A stretch of 64,000 nucleotides of DNA from Lingula anatina (lineage: Eukaryota; Animalia; Brachiopoda). Positions 26,045 to 40,633 of the stretch are shown here, in pieces (positions within the stretch are counted from its first letter, which is position 1; each line of letters begins with the position of its first letter). The position numbers and the translations under genes were made by a program. Under the pieces are notes generated by a model, which worked only from the letters and a program-made list of their open reading frames with translations, was not told where the DNA came from and did no database searches. The stretch covers positions 21,704,848 to 21,768,847 of the forward strand of contig CM120643.1 of assembly GCA_051362555.1 (NCBI GenBank), given 5' to 3'.

Positions 26045-28388
26045 TGGAATGGGATGCAGAAAACATTCAAACAACGAGAAAATGATTCTTTCAAGATCAG
26101 GATTTTCTTGTAGTTGTAGATGTAACTGTTTTGAGCAAGCACGTGAATTTATGGGTCGACCTATTTTGGCTTTTTTTCCCCAAATTATATATTTTGGTCA
26201 AATATAAAACATACAGCAAACATTAGATCACCACGCCCGGATGCATATTTACCGTTCTGACTGCTACAGTACGTTCAGCTTTATTTTCCAAATGTGAATT
26301 TGGTTGACATTGTTCTGCCTAAAGAAAATGAATCGTTAATCCAAACATGACAACATCAAATCAACGGAGGAAGAGTGCTTCGTTCCCATTTTTGTATTGT
26401 CCCTAAGCATTAAAAGGATAGGAGATACCATACTGGCATTTTATATTCCATGCATTATGAATAGTGCATTATAGGAACAATACATGTAATCGGATTTTTA
26501 TTAGGTAGGACATGTCTTCTTCACATATATTTTCGTTATATGTTATATATACTAAAACTGTGTCACATTAACTGGGTACACAAGTACACCCGAAAACACC
26601 ACCACCACAGACGCATATATTGAATATTTCAAGTATATTAATTCACACTCAAAGAAGGGATGGACGGCATAAAGTTTATCCTCAGCATGTGCACCCAAAG
26701 ACACGTGTGTAGCCTATATAGATTCTGTGATTTCAGTGTCATTTGCACAAAAACGAAAAGTAGCAGCACTTGTTTAATTGGACAGTGCTTTTCCAATTTT
26801 TCCAGTGGAAGTTCTTTGTCTGAATAATGTTTCTAAAAACTTATAGAATATACAATGTCTAAATACTCTATTCACGCACCACGGTATCTTATCCAAGTAC
26901 ATATCTAGTATTTGGAAACGTCATATAGAAAGGAGTACTTTATTTATTTATTTTTTTTGGGGGGGTGGGGGGTATATTATGTGTTGTCCCTCGGGTGGGA
27001 GTTTTGAACCATGTGATGTCAGGAGTCCAAGATGTTGGAGACACGTGTGTTGCAGAAAATAAAGAAACAGTTGTGCATACTCATACTGTGGTCAAGAATG
27101 TGAGGGGTGGTATTTTAATTTCAAGAGTGGAATATTGGTGTGATATATGTTTCAGAAATTAAAGGTGGGTCAGGTCGGATTTAGAGAGGGGGGAGGTCAG
27201 GACCCCCCTGACCCCCCCCCCCCCTCTAAATCCGCCACTGACAATTCCTTGTGGGATCTAAAATTACTGCACTGTTGTATCGGTGTGAGTTTTTCTCCGT
27301 TTAAATTAGGTTATATCCCACAATCGTGTTACTACTGAATATGAATGTTGTGCATGTTTAATAATCGTACACAAGTATTAATGATGCGGCGCTACGGAAT
27401 TCTCTTTATGCTATATTAAGAGGAAACAAGTGACCGTCACTTTGAATTACAAATATTTCATTTTAATAATAATAATAAGAAGAAGAAGAAGAAGAAGAAG
27501 AAGAAAACAATGTCAATCTAGCAACAACAGCCTTAATCAATAGTTACCTACTAGCATGTATTGTATAAAAGGATTATAGATGGGATATATTCATTGCAGT
27601 CACTAATAAAAGTTTTTCTTTGCTTTTATGTCCAGCTTCAATTTCGTTTGAGCTTCATAGAGAAAAAAGAGCTTTTCATACAATAAAAAAGTCATACCCA
27701 GTGCACTTTTCATTATTATGTAATGTTAGGCGCTCTAAGCCCATAGACGCTGTGGCATTGTAAGCGCATGGAGGGCCGGGGGCCTATAATGTACATATGA
27801 TGCGAATTAAAGTTATCATGCAAGCTGTCAACTTAGCCATATTAGCGCCTCAAGATACATCTATATATTCAATCTTTTCCCTAAACATACATACATAGTA
27901 TTTAATTTAAAGTACATTGTGCGATGTCCCTGCTGAATCTTGGATAAAGAGAAGACAGAGTGTCGTCCCCCCCAACTCGTCCCCCTCTCCCCCTTCCCCC
28001 CCCCCCCCCCCGTCTTCACAACAATCTACACAAAGATTCATCAGAGAAGTATATTGCAGGACATCTGCTACTCTCATCTGCTACTCTCGACTGCAAGGTC
28101 GCGGGTACTCTTCCTCTCACCGTCGGAGGGTCATTTAATAGAGCAAGGTAAACAGTACACACAAAGGGGCACTATTTTGTTCACGATATTTGTGTACCCT
28201 CACACTCGAACGTTATTAAGCCCAGCCTTTCATCGATTCACATCCCAGCGTCTTGTGCAATACCCCGTGCACAACTCAAGTAAAGGTGATTTCTATAGCA
28301 GAACTGACTAAGCATCTAATTTAACATTTATAAAAAACGCTTTTAGACCGCTCGGTTATTTTAGCAGTTTGGAGTCAGTGTTTCTAAA

Positions 28389-31300
28389 ATGCTGGTGTTT
28401 AGTGTTCTATCACTTTTTGCTGCGCTCGTCATGCCCAGTTTAGCGGATTTCACTCACCATGCGGTACTTAAGGATGACGTCTACTTTTTATCCTGGAAAT
28501 TCGACAATGAAACTATCACGTTTGAGACCCAGGTTCGAACCACAGGCTATATAGGACTTGGATTCTCTCCCAATGGGGGTATGACAGGGGCGGATATCGT
28601 CATCGGATGGGTGAAAGATGGGACGGCGTACTTGAAGGTAAACGTAATAGGGTTTAAGTGTTTAACATCTTTTTTATTTTGGGTTAGGGATTTGTAAACT
28701 GAATTCTATTAGCAGAATTTTAACGACTAATTTAATATTTCGTAATAGAAAATAGGAAAAGTCATCAAAAGCCATTTCTTTGTCTAGGGCAGAAAAGGTT
28801 AAGCGAATGACGGTGCACTTTTTCTGCTTTTTGCCACCTCTGTTCTTAATATTATTTTCTTGGAAAACAAATATCAGATTATAATTTCAGTGGATATTTA
28901 CGTTTATTGGATTATAATTTCACAGAATAATTACGATTATCGAATATGCTACTAATTTAAAGGTATATACTTTTGAATCTTACACAGTGTTTGATTTTTT
29001 TACATGTAGGTCTACATATTCATGACCATTGTCCCCTTCACTATCTAAAAATACTGCGGTTTAAACCTACGATGTATTTTGAGTAAAAATGTCATGATTT
29101 ATTCGCATTTAACTGTTAAACTTTGTTGCTGCACAACCACAGCTTTCATAACATGACCCGATTTTTAACCTAAGTCCTATTCAGTCAATATTAGAGGACT
29201 GAAAGAGAATAGTTTGTCAAAGGCGGAGCAGAAACGAACAAGCGATTGAAATAGGTATGTGGGTCACAAGACCCTTGATGTTGAGGGAAGACTCTCATTA
29301 CATCTGAAAGTCAAACTGTTCAGTCAAGTTCAATAGTAGTATGATATCCAGCCCGATTTTTATTATAAGACGACTGCAGGTATCTGTACCCCCCTTTCAC
29401 ACTCCCTATTTGAACAGAACACGTCTTGAAAATCCATTATGCCCTGTGCGAACCGTTAACTGAAGAGAGTAGTAAACGATCTTTATGTAGCTTTTATCAT
29501 TTTAACCTTATCCTTCTCTAATACAAAGTCTTAAACATTTTTATTTATACAACTTTCACAGTATTATAAAACAACGACGCTTTTACAGGGCATTTTATTC
29601 CCAAAAATTATTTATTTTTTATATTTCTTGGCTAAATAAGCCTTTATTTCATTTGAGTATTGAGAGGCCTTACGTGTATAATGCAACAACGAGTCATATT
29701 TTTGCTCTGATTATTTTTAAAATGCACATTTTAAACGCTCTTAAACTCCTAGGCGGCCGCTGACGGGAAGTGGAAAGTAGAAAGACGGCTTGAAAGAGCA
29801 TCCGAAATTTCGTGATGAAAGGGCTGTAATGCCCCTATTTCACACAGACCACGAATCCCACGAATGGCCATGAATTGACAAATTTTACGATTCGTGGTTG
29901 AATCGTAATCAGTTCGTGAAGTTCTTAACAGATTCGTATATATTCATAGTCAGTTCTTGCACTTCTTGACCAACAGGAATTGGTGGCAAAAACTTTGATG
30001 CCCCTATTTCACACAGACCACGAATCCGACGAATCGCCAGGAATTGAAAATTTCAGGATTCGTGGTTGAATCGTAATCAGTTCGTGAAGTTCTTAACAGA
30101 TTCGTATATAATCGTAGTCAGTTCTTGCAATTCTTGATCAATCGGGAATTCGTGGCAAAAATTTTGAGCTGTTCAAAGTTTTTGCCACGAACTCACGATT
30201 CCAAAAAATCGTAGTGAATTTCTGGACAATATTCGTGCGATTCCAGCCGAATCCCACGAATATTCGTAACACTATCGCACCTGTATCGTAACTGAATCAT
30301 GAGCGTGTCAAATTAGACCAGAAAATTGGCAAAATCTCACGAATCCTCACGAATCCTGAAATTTGTCAATTCCTGGCGATTCGTGGTCTGTGTGAAATAG
30401 GGGCCTTAGTGATGAATGCGTGTGCAGGCAGCAAGGCAAACTCTACAAGAATTAAGTACAATTCCCAAGGCAGTCGCACCTTGCAATTAGCGTCCCTGCT
30501 AAGCTTGAAAGGACATCTCACGTTGCCCCTGCCACTCGCAAGGCAGACTTGCGCATTTCCATTGCAGCCTTTCCTCTAACCATCGAAGAATACTTCCATG
30601 CTCTAACTCTACAAACTCCCTTCACTGCACCCAGAATTGGCAGGGGACGTACGCTCCTAAAATTCAAGGGTAGGATTGCAGGTTAATGCGACAGCTTTGT
30701 CGCTTGCTTGTTTTTGATTGTAGCATAGTAATATAGCTGGTTTTTAATCCATATTTCAGGATCGCTACGCGACGGCGAAGCAAATGCCCTCTATCGACGC
30801 GAGCCAAGATGTTGAGCTGATCTCTGGCAGCGAGAACAGCACCTTTACGACATTACGCTTTAAGCGTAGACTGGACACATGTGATAGTAAAGATAACAAG
30901 ATAACAGTGAGTGATAGGAATAATTCCTGGTAACAAGTGTAGCAAATGTTTTTGTGTGTACTTTAAAATGTCTTTTAAACACGTATACATCTGTTCCGAA
31001 AGTAATATATTTTACTAGTAGATCTGCCTCATTTTTTCCACAGGAAAACAATAGGCAAGTAGGCAAATTAAAATAATTATAGTAAATTAAACAAAATTTA
31101 ATAAGAGATTATATACACTGCATCGGGCCTTGTGGGAAAGTATGTTAGACGATTTTTTTCTATCTTCATATAATGTACACAAGGTGGCAAAACAACAGAA
31201 ATGTATTATAAAAAGGCCAATTTTCACAGAAAATAATTATTTAAGGCGTTATCAATAATGATAAAAGATGTGCTTGGAAAGGTTGTTTGAGATGTCAGTA

Positions 31301-34300
31301 TTTTTTGTTCTTTTTTCATGGATAAATAAGCCTCAATGATTTGAAAAATAAGGATGGCGGAACCTCTTCCCTTAAAAATTTCGATTGGCATTTGTTAAAA
31401 AAAGGGAAAAAACAGCGTGTTTCAAGTCAGTCGTTATTTCTGATAAATGTACTCAACATAAAATAATTTTCATTATAGCAAAGTACAATGCGCATTATAT
31501 GGGCTTACCACGATTCAGACCCCCTGACTGAGACAGACCTTCTGTACCATGGAAACGTGAACCGTGGAGCAAAGAGCATGTTCCTTTTGGAGTCCGCTGA
31601 TAATCCAGTTAACACTGTCACTATACCAAACGATGCATATACCTTGGAATTTCTAAATAATAAGGTATAAGGATTTTTTGAATGATAAGGGACTTCTGTT
31701 TCCCCTGTATTAACGTCAAATCCGTCCTCGTCTGATAATTTCCACAGACACAAATGATTTATTTAATAAATGATGAAATAGATCTTTGCGATATCTACGC
31801 TAGAAATTTTAACTTAAGGGGGATCGAAGCTATTACATATTGCATCAAGAATATTTCAAACTTGAATTCTGGAACTTGGTAGAATTCAAGTTTAAAAAGG
31901 CTGGCGTTCCGGTCTTACCCCTAATCCTTTCAATAAGTATATACCAGGACTGACTACATACTTGGTTCTAGATATAACTGTCTAAGAACATGCACTGACA
32001 TATAATCTCACTGCATCTTATACTACCAGGTTCAAGTACCTTCAACTTCTGACACAACATACTGGTGTTCAGGCTTCACGCTGCCCAGTTTCAGTGGCGT
32101 TCATCACATGATAAAGGTATGATTTAATTCTCCATTGAACACTAAAGTATATATTAAACAGACACTATTGTTTTTGTTCAAAGGCAAAGAGGAATAACAT
32201 GTCGAAATATGACAAACACCAAAACGCATGGGTAATTAGAATCATTCCATCATCAGTTTGTACCCTTTGCACGACGCGTTTTCTTATTTCTCTCCATGGC
32301 ACTTTATTTTATTAAATAGTATGAAATATTTAAAAGAAAACTTAACCTTTTCCTTTTGTTTGATTGGGAACTTTAGTAGAATAGACCTTTGACAGTCCGA
32401 TTATTCGAAAAGAACCAAATCAACAATGGATATATCGGTACGTACATATATGCCTATATCCTCTAGGCAGAGCCGATAGTTCAAGTTGGGAACGAAGCTA
32501 TCGTGCATCACTTTATAGTGTATGCCTGCAACCACCAGTTCAACTTCACTGACCACGCCAATTATAGCGAGTCATGCGGTGCGAGGAGAAATATGCCTCC
32601 AGATCTTGAATTATGCCAACAAATGCTGATGGCGTGGGCAATTGGAGGAGAAGTGAGTATCAACAGAGTGTATATTTGGATTATTTAACTTAAAATTGTT
32701 TTACGATTTTTGCAATCACTAATAAATCGTTTTTATATTTATCGATTGTGTCAACTGTATAATTAAATAATTGATCAATCTATGTTTACAGGCTCAGGTG
32801 TATCCAGAAAATGTTGGCTATCCTTTTGGAGGTGAAGGTGACCCCACTTTTATTTTGTTAGAAACCCACTATGACAACCCAGCTCTGAGAAATGGTGAGT
32901 CGATATCATACGTCTACAGACCAAAGCGGATTTTCCCTTCGTTCTCAGAGATATATTTTGTATTATTTTATTTGTTGGTTTACAAATGGTTTATACAGGT
33001 GAATATTGGACAATATTTGCTGTTACTTTACTTCAGTCTATATGCTCTTTTTCCACCTTCTTTTCATTAGTCTTATAAATTGCTGGGTTAACATACGTAT
33101 TTTCAAAGAAAGTCGGTACAATTTGTGATATATGTAAATTTTGCTTGAATAAAAATAGTGCAATATTGGAAATTTGAACAGATGTAGATGGTAAGAGCAA
33201 CATTTTGTCTTTCAATTACAAACAAAACATGTTTCCCCAAAAAATACGTTTTTATTCGTGGCCTACATGATAAATAGTTTCCTGAAAATAGCCCCAATGA
33301 AACGCTATTTTTACGGTGCAATTGCATATAAAACCAATACAGAATTCCCGTACTAAACCTGTGAGAGTATATGAAATTGTTTCCATATGGGTGTGTCCAC
33401 CGAATATATGAAAATATCCCTTTGATAAATACAGTATTATCTTCACAGGGTCAATTAGTCTTTGTCTCACGTGTCGATATTTATCTGTAAAAACTCCACA
33501 GCTATAGAGTCCACCATGCATCATTTGAAAGTAAAAAAATTACAACCTAACAATAAAATATGTAAAAAATATTCTGGAAGTACCACGATATCTTTAGTTG
33601 TGTGCATTCTTCTTATATAAATTTGTTTGGTTTTTCTGTTTTGTGAGTACTTTTCATGACTTTGGATTTCAATAATTTCAGATTACGTGGACTCATCTGG
33701 TGTGCGTTTTACCTTTATACCACGTCGTCGACAGTATGATGCAGGGATAATGGACGTTGGCGTTATGGTCTCTAGAAACCACGTCATTCCACCATACTAT
33801 GACGAATTCTACAGCTGGGGACAGTGCTCCGACTGTTTGGAAAGTGTAAGAGCATACGAATCAAAATATTGTGTTCCAAATAAGTAGAGACACTTCTGTT
33901 ATGCCGGCAATAGAACTACAAGTACAATCGAATGCAAGGAAAACTGAAATGGCGAAGCATGTTATATAGTTACAAATTATTTGTACGCAATTTAGATTAG
34001 ATTTCGAAATCATCTGCATTTTGTAATGGATAAAATTACGCTGCCTGTTGTTTATCATGAGATTAGACAGACTAGCTTGGTGTGGGACTGGCAAAGTCTA
34101 CCATTATTACAAACGCTCTCATTGTGAGCCATTTTCAGAACGAGTCTGAAAGTGCCATTTTTGTTTTGGAGACATGCCCACACTTTGACCTTATATCGTC
34201 TAAGGTATTGAAACCTCTCACGCCTCTTTATGTTTATACAGGGTTTAGTAAACGTGCCAGAGGGAATCAATGCATTTGGTGCAGTGCTGCACACTCATTT

Positions 34301-35317
34301 GGCGGGAACTTCAATTTACCTGAGGCACTTCCGGGACGGAGTAGAACTTCCGTATATGGCATACGACGAAAATTACGACTTCAACTATCAGGAGTACAGG
34401 TATTTCAAAGAACCGAAGAAAATAATGCCGGTAAGAAAACACTTTTTTGTTGAAATGTCTATTAAATGAAATTGAAATAGTGAAGCCCGTGCATTGATAA
34501 ACTCCCAAACGCTTTTTGTTAATGCATTTCTTTCAAAATACAGTGTAGGCTCCCCAGGGAAGTAATCGATGATTTAAAATAAACCTATATCCAGAAATTT
34601 AGCGCCAAATAGAATTTTTCTGAATAAGCTTAATTCAAATATTTATATAACGATATACCAGTAGGTTTGAGTTCTACTTGGACTTAACGGTATTCGCATT
34701 AAATCTAATTTAAATTTAAAAACGATTTTTATTCCAGAATGATGATTTGGTCACCCATTGCAAATACAAAAGCAGTGATCGAACAAGTGTCACGTGGGTA
34801 AGATATACATGTACATATACATCAAGTAACGTCTACCAGTTATATTTGTGCTATACATGTGAGGAAATACAATAGAGATTGCTGAGCTGAATCCCATATT
34901 GATCCTGAACACAAGGGAGTAGTAACTCCAAAATTCTGTTTTAGTTTACAGAATTGTGAGAGGTACTGCTTATTTTGAAAACGTTAATATTTTAATAGAT
35001 CATACAAAAATTTAGATTCTTTTCATTGCAGGGAGGACTCGGTACTAAAGAAGAAATGTGCCTGGCGTTTATTATGTATTACCCACGAGTAAACCTGACA
35101 AACTGCATCAGCGCACCGCTGCAGTCGGAGCTGATAAAAATAGTCCCAGGGGTGACGTCAGCGTAAGTGATATCAGAATATTTTTATTTATCCACTTGAA
35201 ATTCTAAACAAAAAGTTGAAAATTGAAACACACACTGGAGAAACCGACTTAAGTCTATCTACTATAGCATTGTTCTGGATAGTACTTTCGGCACTCACAG
35301 CACAATGCCCCCCCTCC

Positions 35318-35361
<44 letters not shown>

Positions 35362-36818
35362 GGAAAAGGGGATGAGTGGCAAGCATGCTTAGCACATTTA
35401 AATGTCCCATGGGTGAAAACGCCTAATATGTTCTTCTACTTTTTTGTTCTTTTTTGTCTGTCAAATTGAAATAATTATTTTTACATTAAATTAACCTTTT
35501 TTCTTTAATTGAAATAATTATTTATAAATTTAATTAACTTTTTTTTCTTTAGTGTAGATAATTAACTGTGGCAGCTCGATGTCCCCTTAGCTGTGGGGTC
35601 TTAAGCACGTGCATATACTCTGCTTATAGCACTATTATACATGATAAATCCGGCTCTCTTTCAGGAAATTGATAAAAACTTATTGTCACTATTGTACACC
35701 AAAGTATTTCCAACTTTCAATTTTTCAATAACAACGACACCATTTGTGTAAAAAAGCTATTATAGGATGTTTTATAACGTCGATGAATCCCATGAGGGTT
35801 GTTATCTTCAATAGACTTGTACGTTTTCTTGGCTATTTTTACGTAATTGTAATTTGCCACTGTGCTGCTGTGGTGCATGTAACAAAATAATAAACCAGTG
35901 TGATTTAAATAATATAATTCTTATTCTCTTTCATTGTAAAATTCTAGGTCCAGTGACTACGGCTTCAATGCGATTATCCAAGCACCATCGCAATATGCAG
36001 GACGCAGATTTCCAGATGTCATGGAAAACTTGGTCAACTGGCAAGACGTGCAGACTCGTGATAGATTCCAAGATCTTGAGCTGAATTCTACTCGGGCGCA
36101 ATATTGTGCTGGAATAAATGGATATGGACACGTAAGCGTTTTCAATTTTTCAAAATTCATTTTAAGTTTCTACGGGTCTTTAACATACATTTATTAAGTT
36201 TACTAATTGGCTATTTTTCACGAGTGATTTTAACTGTAGTACGACTAAACCAGAATATAATATATTAAATATACATGCACGCATTTTTCATACGTACTCA
36301 CAGACATGCACTTCTTGCTCAGTAGGAGATCTTAATTTACATTATGTTCTAGTAAAGTACAAAATCAGTACTTTTTAGAGAAAAGGCCAGTGGCGGATTT
36401 AGAGGGGGGGAGGGCAGGGAGGTCCTGACTCCGCGGACTCTCCCTTCAAATAATCCTGGGTCCGCCCCAGAAAGGCTTTACATTAAAGGTACATATGAAA
36501 CGAGCATCGATGAAGCGTGGATTCCCAGTAACATATAAACCACTTCTACTAGTTTCTTATACGACTCAAATAAATTCAACATGCCAAGCGATAAACTGAA
36601 TAAATCACTCGATCACCCATAAACGAGCTTTAAACTGCTTTCTTTAAATTTTTGGTCGAAGATTTAACCTACTTATCTGACCAACGTATCTGCCCCATTT
36701 ATATACAGCATAGAAAGCAAGCAGTAAAAGCCTTTCAAATATAATTTTTCGATGTATTTTGGTATTCTCTTAGTTCTATTATTTGAAACTATATGCTGCC
36801 ATTTGGTTAGCTTTTGTG

Positions 36819-36853
<35 letters not shown>

Positions 36854-37070
36854 ACTTCATATGCATCTTTTATTTTAGGGAGGTCTAATCCAACGTCTCC
36901 AGATCACAACACCGTACGTGTTACCCCAGGTATCCTGCCCCGCCACCACGACCCCTGCTGCAACCACGCCAGGAGTCACCATTGGATCCATATCGTCTGC
37001 TGATAGAACGATGTCCGTTACCATGGCAACAGTTCTGTGCAGCTTGTTTTCACTCCTGCTGAAGATGTGA
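28389..37070 (+). CDS. MOXD1: DBH-like monooxygenase (MOXD1-like) copy 3, 12 coding exons, about 625 aa
   Basis: Exons 28389-28637, 30760-30906, 31479-31664, 32030-32116, 32467-32652, 32792-32894, 33682-33845, 34242-34430, 34738-34797, 35032-35162, 35948-36131, 36879-37070. All GT-AG and frame-consistent. Cu ligands VHH, ETHYDNP, HTH and EEMC are intact. Confidence 0.92.
29830..30405. mobile_element. PIF/Harbinger-like MITE, same compound subfamily as 18666-19343
   Basis: Same TIRs and same duplicated 5' segment. Flanked by TAA and TTA. Confidence 0.85.
36388..36470. mobile_element. 83-bp hAT-like mini element in intron 11 of copy 3
   Basis: CAGTGGCGGAT...GTCCGCCCCAG termini, 6-bp TSD AAAGGC, empty site in copy 2 at about 25812-25820. 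Confidence 0.75.
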
Positions 37071-40000
37071 TGGGATGGGATGCAGAAGACATTCAAACAA
37101 CGAGAAAATGATTCTTTCAAGATCAGAATTTTCTTGTAGTTGTAGACATAACTGTTTTTGATCAAGCACGTGAATTTATGGGTCGACCTATTTCGGCTTT
37201 TTTTCCCTAAATTATATATTTTGGTCAAATATAAAACATACTGAAAACCTTTAATCACCACGCCCGGATGTATATACACTGTTGGAACTGCTACAGTACG
37301 TTCAGCTTTATTTTCCAAATGTGAATTTGGTTGACATTCTTTTGCATAAAGAAAATGAATCGTTAATCCAAACGTGACAACATCAAATCCAACGGAGGAA
37401 GAGTGCTTCGTCCCCACTTTTGTTATGTCCCTAAGCATTAAAAGGATGGGAGATACCATACTTGCATTTTATATTCCATGCATTATGAATAGTGCATTAT
37501 AGGAACAATACATGTAATCGGATTTTTATTAGATAGGACATGTTTTCTTAGTACACAATTTCATCATATGCTATGTATTAAATTTGTATAGTGTCACATA
37601 AACTGAGTACACAGTTACACCCGACAACATCAGCGCTTTAACACAAAACAAATTATTGACACTGGCGCATATATTGAATATTACAAGTATATTTATTCAC
37701 ACTCAAAAAAGTATATTTATTCACACTCAAAGAAGGGATGGACGGCATAAACTGTATCCTCAGTACGCGCACCTAAAGGTACATGGGGAAGCGATATAGA
37801 TTCTGCAATTTCTGTGTCATTTGCACAAAAACGACGAAGTGCAAAAGTAGCAGCACTTGTTTGTGCTTTTCCAATTTTACCAGTAGAATTTCTTTGTCTG
37901 GATAATGTTTCTAAAAACTTATAGAATGTAGGACAATGCCTAAATACCCTATTCATGCACCACGGTATCTTATTCTAGTACATATCTAGTATTCGGAAAC
38001 ATCATATAGAAAGGAGTACTTTATTTATTTATTTATTTTAGGGGGATATTAGCATGTATTTTATTCATGACTGAGAAAGGTAATTATCCATGCACATATA
38101 TTTATGCTTAAACTAAAAACGTACACATTCATAGACCGACTAGCACACAAAAACAAGCCTAGACTCACATTCCGACAAACGCCATCACAAACAAACAGTA
38201 CTGTTATGAATTAGAGTTGGTATTATTTGGATTGTGTTGGAGGTGACACAGTACATTGTGGTGTCACTCTGGTGGGAGTTTTGAACCATGTGATGTCAGG
38301 CATCCATGTTGGTGGAGACGTGTGTGTTGCAGAAAATAAAGAAACAGTTATGCTTTTTTATATGTGTTTTATTACACAAACAAATGCTAAAACCCTCTGT
38401 GCGTGACAAATACCAATATGTATACAATACGTTTAAAGGCCTATATAGGTGCATAACAATAATTTTGACAACCACCTCATGAAGCTATTAATTGCTCATT
38501 TTTGCAGCGACTCGTACCTCTATTATCTCCATTAGTATTTCAACTAGCTTTTGAATATTTATCAGTTCAGTGATATTATTGCAAACCACTGTATAATTTC
38601 ACGTAATCCCTGCTCTAGCTTTGGTGCACGTACTTGTGCATGTAGTACCAACCATACCTTATGTGAGCTAGAGTACTAAATTCTTAAGTTGCGGGTTAAA
38701 CATGCTGATCATTGATCAAATTTTTAAGTCATTATGAGCTAGCGTATTCTCTGTTAGTATTTCCAGTTACTGAACACTTGATTGATAGAAAAAACATTTA
38801 TTGTGATTGACTGACATTTGCGTGTATGGACTGAAAATGCCATATCAGTGCTATTTTACACACACACACACCTTCAAGCTGCTTTGTCTAATGCGGTATC
38901 CGCCTTAACTATCGCAAACAAATTGGTATTTTTCAGTGTGCTAAAAGTAACAAAACTTGCAAGCATATTGTTCAGCATGTCTTGTTCTTGAACTTCCGTT
39001 GTAGGCCTAGGACCCTACCTTGCGACATGTAACAAAATGTGCTGCTCTTGTGAACGGAGGACATATTTGTGACAACAGTTACTGTGGCAACAGTAACGTT
39101 TGGCATGTAGTTATTGCTGTAAACTAATTTGCCTTTACAAGCATATCTTCCTGAAATGTAATTTCCCGCAAACACACATTCCCCTCAAGTTATGTTTGTC
39201 TGCGAATGTTGCGTGCTGTCATGTCAAAAACACAGAGTCTGATTAAGTCATTTTACGTTTCTTGATCATGTAGGCCTACGACTAATATTTGTTAATATGA
39301 TGTGATATTTGTTTAAACTGAGAGTGAGAGAGAGAGGGAGGGAGACATGGTACAACAGTGAACACAATTTAATACCGTACTACTCTAACATTGCAACAGT
39401 TGAGATGGTCGCAATCGACAATCAATAACGAACCAAATAGCATTGACTTAAAATTTCACTGAGATAAATGTATATAGATTAAGTTGCAAGCCGTTTTTGA
39501 GTTAATATTTTTTATATAATATTCATCTCATAATAGTTGGTGTCTCGGCTGCCATTAATGTGAGGAAGCCCTCTGCTACGGAGGTTGGCTTATAATTCTT
39601 CCACAACAGTCTGATGGTTCATTTTTGGGGAAGAAGGTTGTAAACAGCAAGCTGGTGGTGACGAAATGACTTTGATCTTCATATCCAGTTTGATCGAAGT
39701 GCATTAGTGTAGGTGTGGCTTTTGGCTTTCATTGTTAAGTAAGAGTGGGAGAGAGAGAGAGGGAGACAGGCAGCAATACTCTAGACTTGGAATATTAAGA
39801 ATGAAGTTACTGTATTTTTCCTTCATTCAAGAGTTTGTATTGAATTGTTTTTTACCTGCAATATTCGATGCTTATCTAGAGGCAAGGTGAATAGCCTCCT
39901 TCCTGGAGAGGTACTCCCCTTTATTTCTGCGTATTCAGTACATTAACAATAGTCTGATGGGGATCCATTCAACTACATATATATAGGCCTACTTATCTTA

Positions 40001-40633
40001 TGGTTACTGTGGAGCCGAATCCGTGAGTAGCTGAGGACACGTCAGTTTTATACACGTCAGTTAATAAAGACACGCAATCAATACTTACAGCAGTTTAATT
40101 CCTGTCAAACAACAATATACTACAAGACACAATATGATATACAAAACACAACATTAATGAACGTCTGCTTTTTGGTCCGGATTGAACTTTGTTTTCCTTC
40201 AGTTTGAATCATTGAGAGAGAGAAAGAAGTGCTCTTTACACTTCAAGTTGTCCATGTGACCATAGGCACATAATTTATCTATTCACGTTCTTCGCTCATA
40301 TGAGGAAAATGACTTGTCTGAAACATCTGAGAGGGGCAAGATTCCTTTTGGCAGGACCACAGATTGATTTTTTTCAAGATGTTCACAGTAAGGTCTCTGG
40401 TTTATGCACTGTCCAACACGAAATTATGTATGGAATATTGTCATCACTAAGCTGGTTTACAGCATGGAGTACGGGAAAGATATCCTCTACCTTCATGATG
40501 TCTTAAGACCCGCATCAAAATTGCATCCATGGTTGTATTCAGAACTGACCGCGTAGCTTAATCACGTGATGTTAAAATGTGATGACGGGTTTGGGTCTCT
40601 CAGAGAACCAGTCAAACAAAAAGCTACAGAGAA

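Noticed and set aside
36875-37459. 194-aa minus-strand ORF (and the 98-aa counterpart at 25846-26142)
   Set aside because: Antisense to the last exon/3'UTR, interrupted in the paralog, and has no recognisable motif.
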